A DNA stretch of 64,000 nt from Macrostomum hystrix (taxonomy: Eukaryota > Animalia > Platyhelminthes). The stretch is taken from positions 1,922,001-1,986,000 of the forward strand of contig CATNEN010000032.1 in NCBI GenBank assembly GCA_950097015.1. The letters run 5' to 3'. How positions within the stretch are numbered: position 1 is the stretch's first letter; every line of letters starts with the position of its first letter. The position numbers and the translations under genes were made by a program. This document shows, in pieces, positions 32,284 through 45,980 of the stretch. The notes under the pieces were generated by a model that was given only the letters and a program-made list of their open reading frames with translations, did not search any database and had not been told where the DNA came from.

Positions 32284-35200
32284 TCACAGTGACAAGTGGA
32301 ATTCCTCGCAGCTGCGCACAAAGGTGTGGTTCATCAGCTGAGCGGCAGTGAGCCTCTGAGCCGGATCGATTCTGAGGCACTCCATCAAGAAGCTCTGCGC
32401 CTCCGGATCGTTCAGCTGATCCGGATAGCGAGCTGCGGAGTCCTGGAACGGCACCTGGTCAGTCTGGTGCAGGAAGCCCACCTTGAAGCACACCGCGCCA
32501 TCGTTAGGCTGATCGTGCCAGGGCGGCTTGCCAGTCAGCATCTGCCAGACCACGCAGCCGAGGCCCCAGACGTCGCCAGGAGGCTCGCCGCGAGATTCGC
32601 CGCGCATCCGTTCGGGACTGAGGAATGTGAGTGTGCCAACTGGCTGGCAATGCTGATGCTGCTGATGCTGCTGACTGTCAGCGTCAGCGTCCAGATGAGC
32701 GGGATTCTCCGTGAATCGCCTTGTGCGATTGCGCAGGTTAGTCTGGGCGCAGTCGAAGTCGCCCAGCTTCAGTCTGGCAGGCGATGACGTGAGGAAGACG
32801 TTGGCCGACTTGACATCGCGATGCGTCACGTGATGCTCGTGAATGTAGGCCAGGGCTTTGGTGAGCAGATTGGTGTAGGTGCGAATCATGCGCAGATCCA
32901 GGCCCTGGCCGGAGGCGCTGTGCAGGTCTCCGGCATCGCAGAGCTCCATAAACAGCAGGGCTTCTGCTCGGTGAACCTCTATGCCGTAGTATTTCACTAT
33001 GTTGTCGTGAGACAATCGTTGAACAGCTTCGAACTCGTCGATGAGATCCTTCAAATCGGAGTCTGGAGCTCTGGACAGCTCCACTTTCTTCACAACCATG
33101 CTGGCGCCCGTGTCAAAATTGACGGCCGTGTAGGCCACACCGCGGCCGCCTTCGCCCAGCCTGGTGCCCATCTTCCATCGTGCCGGGAAGTGGTGATACT
33201 TCTGCGCCGCCACGTTGCGCGCACCGCCTCGCTGCAAAGGATCGATGTCGTGCCGCACGTGGCCGATCCAGCGCTGCTTGGTTAGGAAATTCTGGCGAGA
33301 CAACTCGAGGGCTTTGATGGCGCTCATGCGGCGCTCCTGAGTAAATGATTATGGAAAGCTTGGCTTGACTACTGGGTCTACGGTTCTGTCTTTTTGGTTA
33401 GGGCTACGGCTCTGGGTCTTTGTTTGGTTAGGGCTACGGCTCTGGGTCTTTGTTTGGTTAGGGCTACGGCTCTGGGTCTTTGTTTGGTTAGGGCTACGGC
33501 TCTGGGTCTTTGTTTGGTTAGGGCTACGGCTCTGGGTCTTTGTTTGGTTAGGGCTACGGCTCTGGGTCTTTGTTTGGTTAGGGCTACGGCTCTGGGTCTT
33601 TGTTTGGTTAGGGCTACGGCTCTGGGTCTTTGTTTGGTTAGGGCTACGGCTCTGGGTCTTTGTTTGGTTAGGGCTACGGCTCTGGGTCTTTGTTTGGTTA
33701 GGGCTACGGCTTTGGGTCTTTGTTTGGTTAGGGCTACGGCTCTGGGTCTTTGTTTGGTTAGGGCTACGGCTCTGGGTCTTTGTTTGGTTAGGGCTACGGC
33801 TTTGGGTCTTTGTTTGGTTAGGGCTACGGCTCTGGGTCTTTGTTTGGTTAGGGCTACGGCTCTGGATTTTTTAAAGTTACGTTTAAGGATCTGGGGTTTT
33901 GGTACGGGGCTACGGTTATGGGTCTTTGTTCTTGGCTTTCGTCCAACAAACAAACCTGCAAGTCTCCCATTTGATTGTGGCCTCGACTAGTTCGTCGCCT
34001 AACCTCGTCAGCGGTGCCAGTGGTGGCAGCCGGCCTAGAAGACACAGAAGTCTGCTGCGTTGTCTGCGTGGAAGGCAGCTTAGCTGCGTTGCCAACCAGG
34101 TAGGCAATGCTGTTGTTTACCAAATTGCGAAAGCGTTCAAATAGCTCGGGTGACACGAGCCCCACCAAGCTGGGGACGCAGATGGCGATGAGGAAGTCGC
34201 AGAACGGGCTCGACCAGCGCGGCAGGCGGCCCTGTTTGTAATCGGGTTCAATACAATGCTTTTCATAGACATGTCTGTCTGTCTGCTCTACCCGTATGTC
34301 TGTCTGTCTATCTGGCTGTCCGTCTGTCTGTTTCTGACTACAGATTCCAGAAGCAGCCCAAACGAAGCTCACCTGGCCCTCCTCGCACCGCTGTCTTATA
34401 AAAGTCCAATAGAGATCGATGAGATCAACAAAGTGCGTGAACAGTTCGACCCGATTGACGGAGTCGGCAAACAGTCGCACCAGCTCCTTGTTATACTCGA
34501 ATGCCACCTTGAAGCCTTGGTGCATGGCGTCGTGCGGCCAATCGTCGCCCTCTAGCACCATTCGCTTCAGGCAGGTGCCAAATACCTGACGGAGGCCGTG
34601 AGCGCTCCGCTTCAGGCTCTGCATGTGCTGGAAGACATCGTCGTAGCAGCAGATGGCCTGGCGATGCTCGTGCGGCACAATGAAGCCGTTGAGCTTGTTC
34701 TCAAGAATGCTGCTCAGTGCTTCAAGCTCCGATCCGTTTGGCGAAATCAATAGAATTTCTTTTTTGTTTTTTGGCACCTGAAGTTGGAAAAAGAGGAGCC
34801 GGGGTCACTTGACCTCCCCTACCGCTTTAAGATAGGTTGACGAGCTAGCCTTACAAAGCCTATTTTAATAATACGGTCAGTGTATAATCAAGTATTAATA
34901 CTAACAAGCTTACCCGAACACTGGCCAGATTGAGTCTATACTCAGCATCAGAGGACTGGATAGTGATCTCATCGCCTCGCCAGGTTAAATTTTTGTCCAG
35001 ACTTTTGTCCACAGCAACCAGAGGACAGTTGGGTGGCCAATTGCGCTTCTGATTTGAGTTGAGGAAGTCAATCAGCCTGGCGGAGGGTGGGTGGGCGCAC
35101 GCTGGGTTGCACACAATGGGAGCTGGGTTGCACACAATGGGAGCTGGGTTGCACACAATGGGAGCTGGGTTGCACACAATGGGAGCTGGGTTGCAGACAA

Positions 35201-38200
35201 TGAGAGCTGGGTTGCACACAATAAGAGCTGGGTTGCACACAATAAGAGCTGGGTTGCAGACAATGAGAGCTGGGTTGCACACAATGGGAGCTGGGTTGCA
35301 CACAATAAGAGCTGGGTTGCACATAATGGGAGCTGGGTTGCACACAATGGGAGCTGGGTTGCACACAACGGGAGCTGGGTTGCACACAATGGGAGCTGGG
35401 TTGCACACAATGGGAGCTGGGTTGCACACAATAAGAGCTGGGTTGCAGACAATGAGAGCTGGGTTGCACACAATGGGAGCTGGGTTGCACACAATGGGAG
35501 CTGGGTTGCACACAATGGGAGCTGGGTTGCACACAATAAGAGCTGGGTTGCAGACAATGAGAGCTGGGTTGCACACAATGGGATCTGGGTTGCACACAAT
35601 GGGAGCTGGGTTGCACACAATGGGAGCTGGGTTGCACACAACGGGAGCTGGGTTGCACACAATAAGAGCTGGGTTGCACACAATAAGAGCTGGGTTGCAG
35701 ACAATGAGAGCTGGGTTGCACACAATGGGAGCTGGGTTGCAGACAATGGGAGCTGGGTTGCAGACAATGGGAGCTGGGTTGCACACAATGGGAGCTGGGT
35801 TGCACACAATGGGAGCTGGGTTGCAGACAATGGGAGCTGGGTTGCACACAATGGGAGCTGGGTTGCAGACAATGGGAGCTGGGTTGCACACAATGGGAGC
35901 TGGGTTGCAGACAATGGGAACTGGGTTGCACATAATAAGAGCTGGTTTGCACACAATGGGAACTGGGTTGCACACAATGGGAGCTGAGTTGCAGACAATG
36001 GGAGCTGGGTTGCAGACAATAAGAGCTGGGTTGCAGACAATAAGAGCTGGCTTGCACACAAGGGGAGCTGGGTTGCAGACAATGGGATCTGGGTTGCACA
36101 CAATGGGAGCTGGGTTGCAGACAATGGGAGCTGGGTTGCACACAATGGGAGCTGGGTTGCACACAATGGGAGCCGGGTGCAGGCTGGCAGTGCTGCTGAA
36201 CTACTCACCTGACCGGGCTCTCCTTGTCCAAGTAGGCCTCCCTGGTGACGAAGAACAGACAGCGGCAGCGCCGTTTGGGCATGATTCGAATGAAATACTT
36301 TTTCATCTGCATGAAAAGCTGTCGGCCTGGCCCGGTGGACTCATAGCTCAGTGCGATCTCCAGGTCCTTCTTCAGCGTATAGACGAAGCCCATTGATTTC
36401 AGGGCCCGCTCGCGAGCTTCGTTAGCGTTAGCCTTCAAGGTCCGCAGCTGCTCCGCGTCGACATCCAGGGGGTAGTCCAGCGAGCGGCGCAGCCTGAAGC
36501 TCTCCTGGTTTGGACGGTGGTAGGTTCGCGGGCTATTTTTTGTGGAGAAAATAATAATAAGACGTAATTCAGTCTCAACTTAAACAAAACCGCTTATTAT
36601 CCTAGTTGAGAACTCCAAAATCATAGTTGAGAACAGCAAAATCCTAGTTGAGCACGCTAAAATCCTAGTTGAGCACAGCAAAATCCTAGTTGAGCACGCT
36701 AAAATCCTAGTTGAGCACAGCAAAATCCTAGTTGAGCACAGCAAAATCCTAGTTGAGCACTCTAAAATCCTAGTTGAGCACACTAGAATCCTAGTTGAGC
36801 ACACTAGAATCCTAGTTGAGCACACTAAATCCTAGTTTAGCACACTAAAATCCTAGTTGAGCACAGCAAAATGCTGGTTAAGAACTCTAAACTCCTAGTT
36901 GAGCACAGCAAAATGCTAGTTAAGAACTCTAAACTCCTAGTTGAGCACAGCAAAATCTAGTTGAGCACACTAAAATCCTAGTTGAGCACAGCAAAATACT
37001 AGTTGAGCACACTAAAATCCTAGTTGAGCACAGCAAAATGCTGGTTAAGAACTCTAAAATCCTAGTTGAGCACAGCAAAATCCTAGTTAAGCACACTGAA
37101 ATCCTAGTTGAGCACACTAAAATCCTAGTTGAGTACACTAAAATCCTACTTGAGCATACCAAAATCCTAGTTGAGCACACTGAATTCTAGTTGAGAACTC
37201 CAAAATCCTAGTTGAGCACACTAAAATCCTACTTGAGCATACCAAATCCTAGTTAGGCATACAAAATCCTAATTGTGCACACAAAAACCCTAGTTGAGCA
37301 CACAAAGCTCAAGTTGAGCACTGTGAACTTATACCTTTGAATTTTGCCTCACCTCAAAAAACTCGCCAGTGCTCTGGAAGAAATGCGAGTTAATCTTGCA
37401 GAAGTGGCGCACCGCCAATTCCTGGCCAGTTTCGATGTAGGGCCCCAGAATCCTGATGAAGGACCATTCGTTCTCTAGCACATTCTTGTACTCCTTGCTG
37501 GCCTCCGGTTGGTCCTTGAAGAATTTCGATACCCACTTGTCAAGGAATTGAAAATAGTGAATCAGCAGGTTCTTGATGTCCACATCTAGCGCGCCAAGAG
37601 CGTTCTGCATCAGCACCTCCTTATCTACGGCCGTGAAATTCTGGATCGGCGGGCCGACCATCTCCAGGAAGAAGCGCTTGACTAGCACAGAGCCGCGAAT
37701 CACCTGTCACGGCGGTATCAGATCGAATCAGGATTCTTATGGAATTATGGTTATGGGATCCAGTGCATCATTGATCCCTCATTTAGTCCAACCACAGGAA
37801 AGTCTAAATAATCTAAATAAAAGGGATTTATAATATGGCGGTGTGAATAATCCTCAACGGAATATATGGAGACCTGTAGAGTTCTCCAAATAATAGCCTC
37901 ATCATGTACTCTTTAGTCCCGTCCAGTTGACTCACCTCCTTAGATTCCTTAATAATTGATCCCAAAGATGTGAGACTAAGGTTATCCAGTTCCATAGGCT
38001 GCTCCAGCTGCAGTTTAATGCACTCGTGCATCACATCCAATGGCAGCTTGCAGAGGCTGACATAGTGTGGCAGCAGCGATGGCAGACCAATTTCCAAGGC
38101 CAGCTCAGATTCTAGACTGAACAGGGTGGTCTGGTGAGCAGACTCGCTGTCATTCTGCTGGCCGAGGTTCAGCAGAGATGGCGTGTGCGGCAGAGCCCGC

Positions 38201-41200
38201 CTGCGGCCACTGACTGACTCGGCGTAACCGGTTGGGCCAACGGAGGGCATCAGAGCCTGCCTGGCGCACACCAGGCTGGGCCGGACAAGTTTCTGCAGCT
38301 GGCCAAGCATAGCCGACACTCCCCGGCCAAGGGAGCGAAGATTGCGCTCGGTGTAGGGCCGGTAGATGCGGCAGACCGAATGGGCGCGAGACAGGTTCGG
38401 CGTCTGCGTGCTGCCGGTCGACGGTGTTGTCGGCGCCATCGTCGTGGAGGCCGCAGCCGAGGGGACCGCCGCCGTTGGCAATGCGTCTTCGTCCTCTTCA
38501 TCGTCGTAGCCAGCCAAGGGAGCTCTGCTAGAGTCCGGCATCGCAGCGGCTTCGTCGACGAATTCAAACAGCGGTACGGTTGGCCGGTTGGCGTCGTTGT
38601 CGCCGACGGCATTAGATATGGCGGACCCACCGACGCCGCCGCCAGTTGTAAAGAGCGCCAGAGGTGAATCTGATCTGGAGGTCGCCGGCGCCACCTCCGC
38701 AGTCAGCGTCGAATGTGGAACGATGGCATGCTGACGGCTGACGCTCGAACCGGGCGCGAACGGCTCCGGCGCCTGACTGGGGGACGGCGTTGCCGATGAT
38801 GTGGGCACCGCGGGCGGGATGGTTACCGACAAGGAGGGCAGCGGCGAGTCGGTAGAGCTGCGCACACCGCCGCCACGACCGAAGCCGGCAGTAGCTCCGG
38901 CCAGGTGTTCAACGGAAGGCGAGCCGAACATTGACACCTGGGGATTAGCATCGATTAATGGAATTAAATTAATTGAAGGTCGGGAGTTCGAAATCTAAGC
39001 TAGATGCAGCCCTCGAAGCTCCCAAATCCGGCCCTTCCGACACCTACAGTATCCTGTCTCACCTCTCCCGTGTCTCATCTCTCCCGTGTCTCATCTCTAC
39101 TGTGTCTCATCTCTACTGTGTGTCATCTCTCCCGCGTCTCATCTCTACTGTGTCTCATCTCTCCTGTGTCTCATCTCTGCTCGGTCTCATCTCTCCTGTG
39201 TCTCATCTCTGATCGGTCTCGTCTCTCCTCTGTCTCGTCTAGTCGTCTCTGCTCGGTCTCACCTCTCCCGTGTCTCATCTCTACTGTGTCTCATCTCTAC
39301 TGTGTGTCATCTCTCCCGCGTCTCATCTCTACTGTGTCTCATCTCTCCTGTGTCTCATCTCTGCTCGGTCTCATCTCTCCTGTGTCTCATCTCTGATCAG
39401 TCTCGTCTCTCCTGTGTCTCGTCTAGTCGTCTCTGCTCGGTCTCATCTCTACTGTGTCTCATCTCTGCTCGGTCTCATCTCTACTGTGTCTCATCTCTGC
39501 TCGGTCTCATCTCTCCTGTGTCTCATCTCTGCTCGGTCTCATCTCTGCTCGGTCTCATCTCTCCTGTGTCTCATCTCTGATCGGTCTCGTCTAGTCGTCT
39601 CTGCTCGGTCTCATCTCTCCCGTGTCTCATCTCTCCTGTGTCTCATCTTCCACTGTTATCTTTTCTGTTTCATCTCTACTCTGTATCTAATCTCTCTTCA
39701 ATATCAGATTTCTACAGTCAATGCGGACCGCTGTCATCTTTTAGGTTCTCTCTTTGTCCCGCAAGCTAATAAGTTTGGCCCTTGAGCAGGACACTTCATT
39801 CTCAAGCAGCCTTCAGTTCGCCCAGCTGTGAACTGGGTAACAGAATCAGTTGGGCTAGAAATTTGCGTGGGAGTGACAGCTTCCCAGTCCTTGGACAGAT
39901 AGAAAGAAATCGCAGCATCTACTATTGCAGAGAAGTTCCAAAGGCAGTGTACAGCCTGTTAGTGTACTCATTTCGCAGCCCTGAACAATGACACAAACTG
40001 TCTCGATTTGGCTGAGATTCGACATTGAAGCGAAGTCTCAACAATGCGTCCAAATTAATTGTGAAGACAAGGGCGGAGCAAAGGAGGAATATAATACTGA
40101 GTAGGCGGCATAAGTAGAAATCTGATACAACGTAATAAGCAAAAGTTCTAAAATAAGAAAGAGTTACATTATCGAACTTATCTTAGATCATTAGGGAGAC
40201 ACTGATCATTAGTGCATCAACTGGGCACTCGCAAAGAAGGCATTGAGAAAATAGAGATTTTAGAGGCATTTGTAATATTTATCTGCACTTATCTACATTC
40301 ATGAGATTAATATTATCTAATATGAGTCCAGATCTAATCTGGATCTGTTTGGGATTCTGATCCCAAGGATCTGGTAAGGATTCTCGTCGCAAGGATTTGG
40401 CGCGGATTCTGATCCCAAGGATTTGGTGGGGATTCTAATTCCAAGGGTTTGGTTTAAGGATTTTGATCCCAAGGATTTGGTTCGGATTCTGATCCCATCC
40501 CAAGGATCTGGTTGGGATTCTGATCCCATCCCAAGGATCTGGTTGGGATTCTGATCCCATCCCAAGGATCTGGTTGGGATTCTGATCCCATCCCAAGGAT
40601 CTGGTTGGGATTCTGATCCCATCCCAAGGATCTGGTTGGGATTCTGATCCCATCCCAAGGATCTGGTTGGGATTCTGATCCCATCCCAAGGATCTGGTTC
40701 GGATTCTGATCCCATCCCAAGGATCTGGTTGGGATTCTGATCCCATCCCAAGGATCTGGTTGGGATTCTGATTCCATCCCAAAGTTCTTGTTGTTATTCT
40801 GATCCCATCCCTAGGAACAGGTTGGGATTCTGATCCCTAGGTCTTGGCTATAACTCTAATCCTAAGATGAAGACTTAGATACCATTCAGAGAGGTGCGCC
40901 AGCTCTCTCACCTGCGAATCGTATCTACTAAGCCGGTAGACCTCCTTCTGCGCCTGGTCATTGTAAGTTTTCCCGTTAGGCGTGGTGGACCAAATCATGG
41001 GCCACTCATCGCCGCTCAGGCCCAGAGCGGTGCGCAGGTCCACCCGAGTCATCTCCAGCCGCCAGAGGGTGTTGCGCCACAGCCAGAGCAGGTCGAGTCG
41101 TTCCAGAAATTTCTGAGTAATGCCACTGTTCTCTCCGAGTTGCTTGGCGTCGCGAATGAAGGCTTTAAACGAGGGAAACAGGTCTAAGACGATGTCTAGA

Positions 41201-44200
41201 CGGCTCAGGACGGCGTCCACCATGGCGAGATCCGACCTCAGTTTGTCTACGTACTCCTGAGTTATGGACATCTCCTGAAGATTTGATTATGGGGTGACGC
41301 CTAATAGAAACTGTCAAAAACTAGGACACTCTGAATTGGTCTCATTTCATTGAAGTAACGTTTTTTCATTGTTTTTTTATGAGTTGGGTGGCAGAGGGGT
41401 ACCGCGTCCGACTTTCGCATCAAGGTTCCCGAGTTCGAATCCGCTATAATTTTGGGGCGCAATTTACGCTCGTGAGTCATGAGTGCCGAACCCCCTAGGC
41501 ACAGTAAAAGTGTACACGGCATGACAAGGAGAATTTGTGAGTTCATTTGCTAGTTGCTAATGACAACTAAGAACTCTGTCTCACCAGGCTGGCTCTGTCT
41601 CTCTGTCTATTCGTGTCTCCGTCTGTCATCCGTCTCTCTGTGCTGACTGTGAGGTTGAGCACACTCTGTACAGCGTCAGCCACAGTGGCCTCGCTCTCAG
41701 ACAGCTGCCTGCTGTACTCCAGCGTCGAGCCGTATGACCTGATTTCGGCAAATAGTGCGCTAGCAGAAAAAGCACTACGCGACTGCTGCTGCTGCAGGTG
41801 AGGGCCAGTGGACGCGCTGGCGGATCCAACGCTAGATAGAAGCCTCTGCTCTCTCCTAGAGGGCAAGTTGGCATTCAACAGCAGGGTGAAATTGTCGCAG
41901 AAGTCCTGGCGCTCATGATCGCAGGTCACCTCGTGCCGCAGGGTTCGCGTCACGGACACGTTGCACGCACGGGCCGAGCCGGGCCTTGACTCTGGCCGAC
42001 CGACTAGCAGAGACGGCTGATGCTGCTGCTGCTGCTGCTGCTGCCGGGCTAGCTGAGACGTTTGGGCAAGGTTAGCCTTGAAAATGAATATTTGTTTCAG
42101 TGCTGGTTAAGTATCAATACCAAAAACATGAGTTCTCATCTCCAGTGAAGTTGTTTAGCCTCATTTTGTCTGCGTGTGGCAAAGTCAGAAATGACTTAGC
42201 ATGACTAGAAATCTCATTGTTACCGCACAAGCCAACGGGGAAATCCCACCCTATTATTTCAGTGCTCCTCAAATAAAGGAATGCTTACACCGCTAGAAGA
42301 AGTCCTTAGCGAGGCGGACGACGCGAGGGCTGCCAATGAGCTGTGCACCGAGGCGGTAGTGGAATTGGCCAACGAAGCAGAAGCCGACGAGGTCACTGAC
42401 GACAGGGACGATGACGAGGCCACGGCAGGCAGTGAAGCGTCGCCGGCGCTGCCAGGAAGCCCCAGACTGGCACTGGAGACTGCTCCGGCTGCAGGGACCA
42501 CCGAAGGCAGCGCTGACGCCCCTGAAGTCCCGGCGACCCCAGCGGCGCTAGAATCGCCAGATCTTTGAACTGTGCCCGATCTGGCCGAGCTCCACAGGCC
42601 CTGGACTAAACTTCTGGAGAAGGCCTTGCTGAGTTGCTAGATTAGGAATAGCGGAGATGGAATGATCAATATTGAGAACTGCTCTATCAGATTCTAGGAC
42701 ATCCTCGAATCTCTCACAATGACTCCGCATTATTTTGAAAACCTCAGCTTTAAGTTTTGCTACTTAAGCGAGCAACCATCCTCTCTCATCAGCAGGGTAA
42801 ATTTTAAGCAAAAATTTTCGAACTAAACTACTGAAAGTAGCTCAGTAAAGCAAACTAGCATCTAATTTTAATTTTAAAAAACGGAATGTACTCACAGATG
42901 GCAGTTGCAGATAGGGGGTGCATCGCGGCATCGCAGTGTCGGGCGAGTACTCCCCAGTGTACAGGAGGCTGTCGCCGCCGTACCCGGCCCCGGCCAACGG
43001 GTCGCGATCGTGGCGCGTCTGGATCTGGTCGGAGAATCGGCTGCTCTGACTTAGCCGAACCCGCCTAAGCGCCTCCGTGACAACGGCTGTCACGTCTGAA
43101 ACTGCACCGCCGCGGCCGCCGGCGAATCGCGCAGCAGCAGCAGCGGCAGTTCCAACGTTTCCGTCCAAGTCGGAATCTTCGTAGGCGATCTGAGGCGGAG
43201 GCGACGGCGGCAGCTGCTGTTGAAGCTGTCGACGACCTATTTGTCGCCTGCCAGAGCGTCTGTGCCGTCGCCCGGCTGTCAGACTCTCCAGGCGCTCCTA
43301 GGATTCCGGTTCCATGCAACATTTCAAATTTCGAGTTTTCTAATGGTTTTAGCATACAACGCTACAATAGTAATCTTAGTCCTATTATCATATGGAATGA
43401 ATACGTTTCTTTTGCATTTGAATCGATCCTCCGCTTTTCTTTATTCCGTCCGATCGGCTCAGAGATTTACTCCAGTAAGAAAGCTTCAAAGTTGCCAAAT
43501 TATCCCCATTTTTCTGAAAAATTATCCCATGTAGTTTGGTTCGCAAATTATTCCAATATTTGAAAAAATGATTATTTATTTGATGTAAATTGGTCAGTTG
43601 GAAATTGAATCTTCAATTTAGAATCTTTAGAATCAATTGTAAAATGTTCTCCCTTCTGTTGGAAAATGATCTCCCTTCAATTAGAAAATGATCTCCCTTC
43701 TGTTGGAAAATGATCTCCCTTCTGTTGGAAAATGATCTCCCTTCAATTAGAAAATGATCTCCCTTCTGTTGGAAAATGATCTCCCTTCAATTAGAAAATG
43801 ATCTCCCTTCTGTTGGAAAATGATCTCCCTTCTGTTGGAAAATGATCTCCCTTCTGTTGGAAAATGATCTCCCTTCAATTAGAAAATGATCTCCCTTCTG
43901 TTGGAAAATGATCTCCCTTCAATTAGAAAATGATCTCCCTTCAATTAGAAAATGATCTCAGTTCCATTAGAAAATGATCTCCCTTCAGTTAGAAAATGAT
44001 CTCCCTTCAATTAGAAAATGATCTCCCTTCTGTTGGAAAATGATCTCCCTTCAGTTGAAAAATGTTCTCCCTTCAGTTGGAAATTGAATCTTCCTTCAAT
44101 TGTAAAATGATCTCCCTTCAGTTCGAAAATGATCTCCCTTCAGTTCGAAAATGATCTCCCTTCAGTTCGAAAATGATCTCCCTTCAGTTCGAAAATGATC

Positions 44201-44594
44201 TCCCTTCTGTTGGCCAATCATCCCCCTTAAGATGGTACAGGCTGTCAACTTATCCACCAAGTTAGCAAATTATCAAAACTTGACAAATCATTTTCTATCA
44301 GCGTACATCTTGAAATCTTGAACTAGACAGTAGTGTTTTCTCGCATTGGTATTTACTAGGCCATTAACCAGTACAAACCTCTTCCTGTATGGCGAATTCT
44401 TCGTCAGTGTAGGGGTTGAGGGTCGCGTCGCTGAACTTAGTCCGTACGGACGCGCCTAGAAGCGACGATTGGCTGCCCGAGCCGGAGCCTCCCTCATCCT
44501 GGTCTTCGATTTCGAGTTCTTGTTCTTCCTCGCCGTCAGACCGACCGGCGTTATCCAACTCGTCGAGTTGCGGATCGTCCGGCGGTAATTCTGC
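32284..44594 (-). CDS. MAP3K4: MAP3K4/MEKK4 (Ssk2-like) MAP kinase kinase kinase, multi-exon; start codon exon not located
   Basis: Approximate exons (minus): 44594-44379, 43297-42896, 42636-42289, 42076-41585, 41274-~40850, 38937-37936, 37703-~37352, ~36530-36209, 35076-34914, 34777-34373, 34231-33956, 33336-32284. MEKK4-like segments [38 protein letters not shown]. Kinase [28 protein letters not shown]. Confidence 0.88.
33378..33930. repeat. 30-bp intronic minisatellite (TTGGTTAGGGCTACGGCTCTGGGTCTTTGT)
   Basis: About 16 near-perfect units in the last MAP3K4 intron. Confidence 0.96.
35101..36176. repeat. 21-bp intronic minisatellite (GGGAGCTGGGTTGCACACAAT)
   Basis: About 51 units filling intron 35077-36208. 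Confidence 0.96.
36590..37320. repeat. 21-bp intronic minisatellite (AAAATCCTAGTTGAGCACAGC)
   Basis: About 35 degenerate units. Confidence 0.93.
39050..39650. repeat. ~16-bp CT-rich intronic minisatellite (CTGTGTCTCATCTCT) with a 184-bp higher-order repeat
   Basis: Blocks at 39086 and 39270 begin with identical sequence. Confidence 0.9.
40335..40840. repeat. 31-bp minisatellite (TTCTGATCCCATCCCAAGGATCTGGTTGGGA) abutting a MAP3K4 exon end
   Basis: Tandem units, degenerate toward 40335. Confidence 0.93.
41381..41545 (+). mobile_element. tRNA-derived SINE-like element in a MAP3K4 intron
   Basis: A box TGGCAGAGGGG, B box GAGTTCGAATCC; body shared with 8985-9184; no complete cloverleaf. Confidence 0.62.
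43640..44212. repeat. 22-bp intronic minisatellite (GGAAAATGATCTCCCTTCTGTT / ...CAATT)
   Basis: About 25 units. Confidence 0.94.
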
Positions 44595-44729
44595 CTGGAA
44601 AAATCATTCAGGTATAGACAGCTGGCTGAACAGGATTGCAGCCATAGACGAATTGCCAACTTCAAGACAAACATTATATGGAAAAGAACATCACTGACAA
44701 TGACATATCATTCCACAGGAAATTCCCCC

Positions 44730-45340
44730 GAAAATCCTCTTAGCAACGTATCCGAAATCCCCGAACACTCTGAATTAGCAAAAACCTCCGAAATTAAAAT
44801 AAACCCGATTTAAAATCCGAAACTAATCACGAAATCAAAATCCCCGAAACGAGTATAACAAAATCGGAATTACCCAAAAAATCCTCCGAATCACCGAATC
44901 CGAAATCACTGAAAATCCTCCGAATCACCGAATCCGAAATCACTGAAAATCCTCCGAATCACCAAATCCGAAATGACGGAAAATCCTCCGAATCACTAAA
45001 TCCCAAATCCCGAAAATCCCCCCCGAAAGACCAAATCCGAAATCACTGAAAATCCTCCGAATCACGAAATCCGAAATCACAGGAAATCCTCCGAATCATT
45101 AAATCCGAAATCCCGAAAATCCCGCGAATCACTAATTTTGTGATAATTCACCAATCACTAATCACTAAATTTGTTTTAAATCTCTGAATTACTAATTTGA
45201 AATCCCAAAAACTCTCCGAATCACCAAATCTGAAATCCGAAAATCCTCACAATCCGAAATGCTCTAAAATTCATCTAATAAATACTCTGGCATTACTTAT
45301 CTGAAATCCTCAAAAACCTTCGAAATCACCAAATCCGAAA
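44730..45340. repeat. Degenerate ~34-bp repeat (CCGAATCACCGAATCCGAAATCACTGAAAATCCT)
   Basis: A few clear copies at 44880-45110 with decaying flanks. Confidence 0.75.
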
Positions 45341-45980
45341 ATCCTTAAAAAATTGCGAACAAATTAAACATCTTACTAAAGCCTCGAGACAAACAAAGTG
45401 TGCACTTAACATAAGGAAAAAAGAAGCCTATGCTTAAACGCGGCAAAAATAAAGTAGAGCAAAAAAATGAAAAAATGAGTCCATATATTTAAAAATATTG
45501 GCTACTGTGACCTATCAATTAATCATAGTAATGTAAACCTAATGACGAATCATTACAAGATGAAAGAACATCAATTAGAAGCCATTTAACATTTAGAATG
45601 TATAGCTCACCAACGATTCGTTATACTTGATGAAATTGTACTTATGTACATGGCGACAGCGCATAACATAATGAAGATAAAAAATATGGTGAAAATGTTG
45701 ACTGCTTTATGGATTAGCAATTGGATTTCCTTTCCTGAGAAGCTCGTCACTATACTTAACTTTAATTATAAGTCTAATTGACATAATGATTGAAGCTAAA
45801 TTGATATTTGATACAGCTTCGAATTTAGACAAATCGGTCGGGAGTTCGAATCCCATGTGAAATCTATAGGTGTAGTTTTTTCAGGCTGTACAACTTTCTA
45901 GTGAGCTTTAAAGGATAGAAAACCTGATTGCGCAAAGCTGGATAAGGTTATTTAGTTATATCAATCTATCAATCAATCAG

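Noticed and set aside
33378-33930. Interstitial telomere (TTAGGG)
   Set aside because: Only one TTAGGG per 30-bp unit, not a tandem hexamer array.
34860-36396. Long repeat ORFs (CNPAPIV, AGLHTMG, WVAHNGS)
   Set aside because: The array lies in a phase-consistent MAP3K4 intron; only the non-repeat tail 35076-34914 is exonic.
38975-38995. Isolated B-box-like GGGAGTTCGAA (also at 45840)
   Set aside because: No A box or SINE body nearby; too short to call.
41381-41460. Functional tRNA gene
   Set aside because: A and B boxes are present, but there is no acceptor or anticodon stem pairing; treated as a SINE head.
42281-42568. Acidic 95-aa plus-strand ORF (MLTPLEEV...)
   Set aside because: It is the antisense of a Ser/Ala-rich MAP3K4 exon that has proper minus-strand splice sites.
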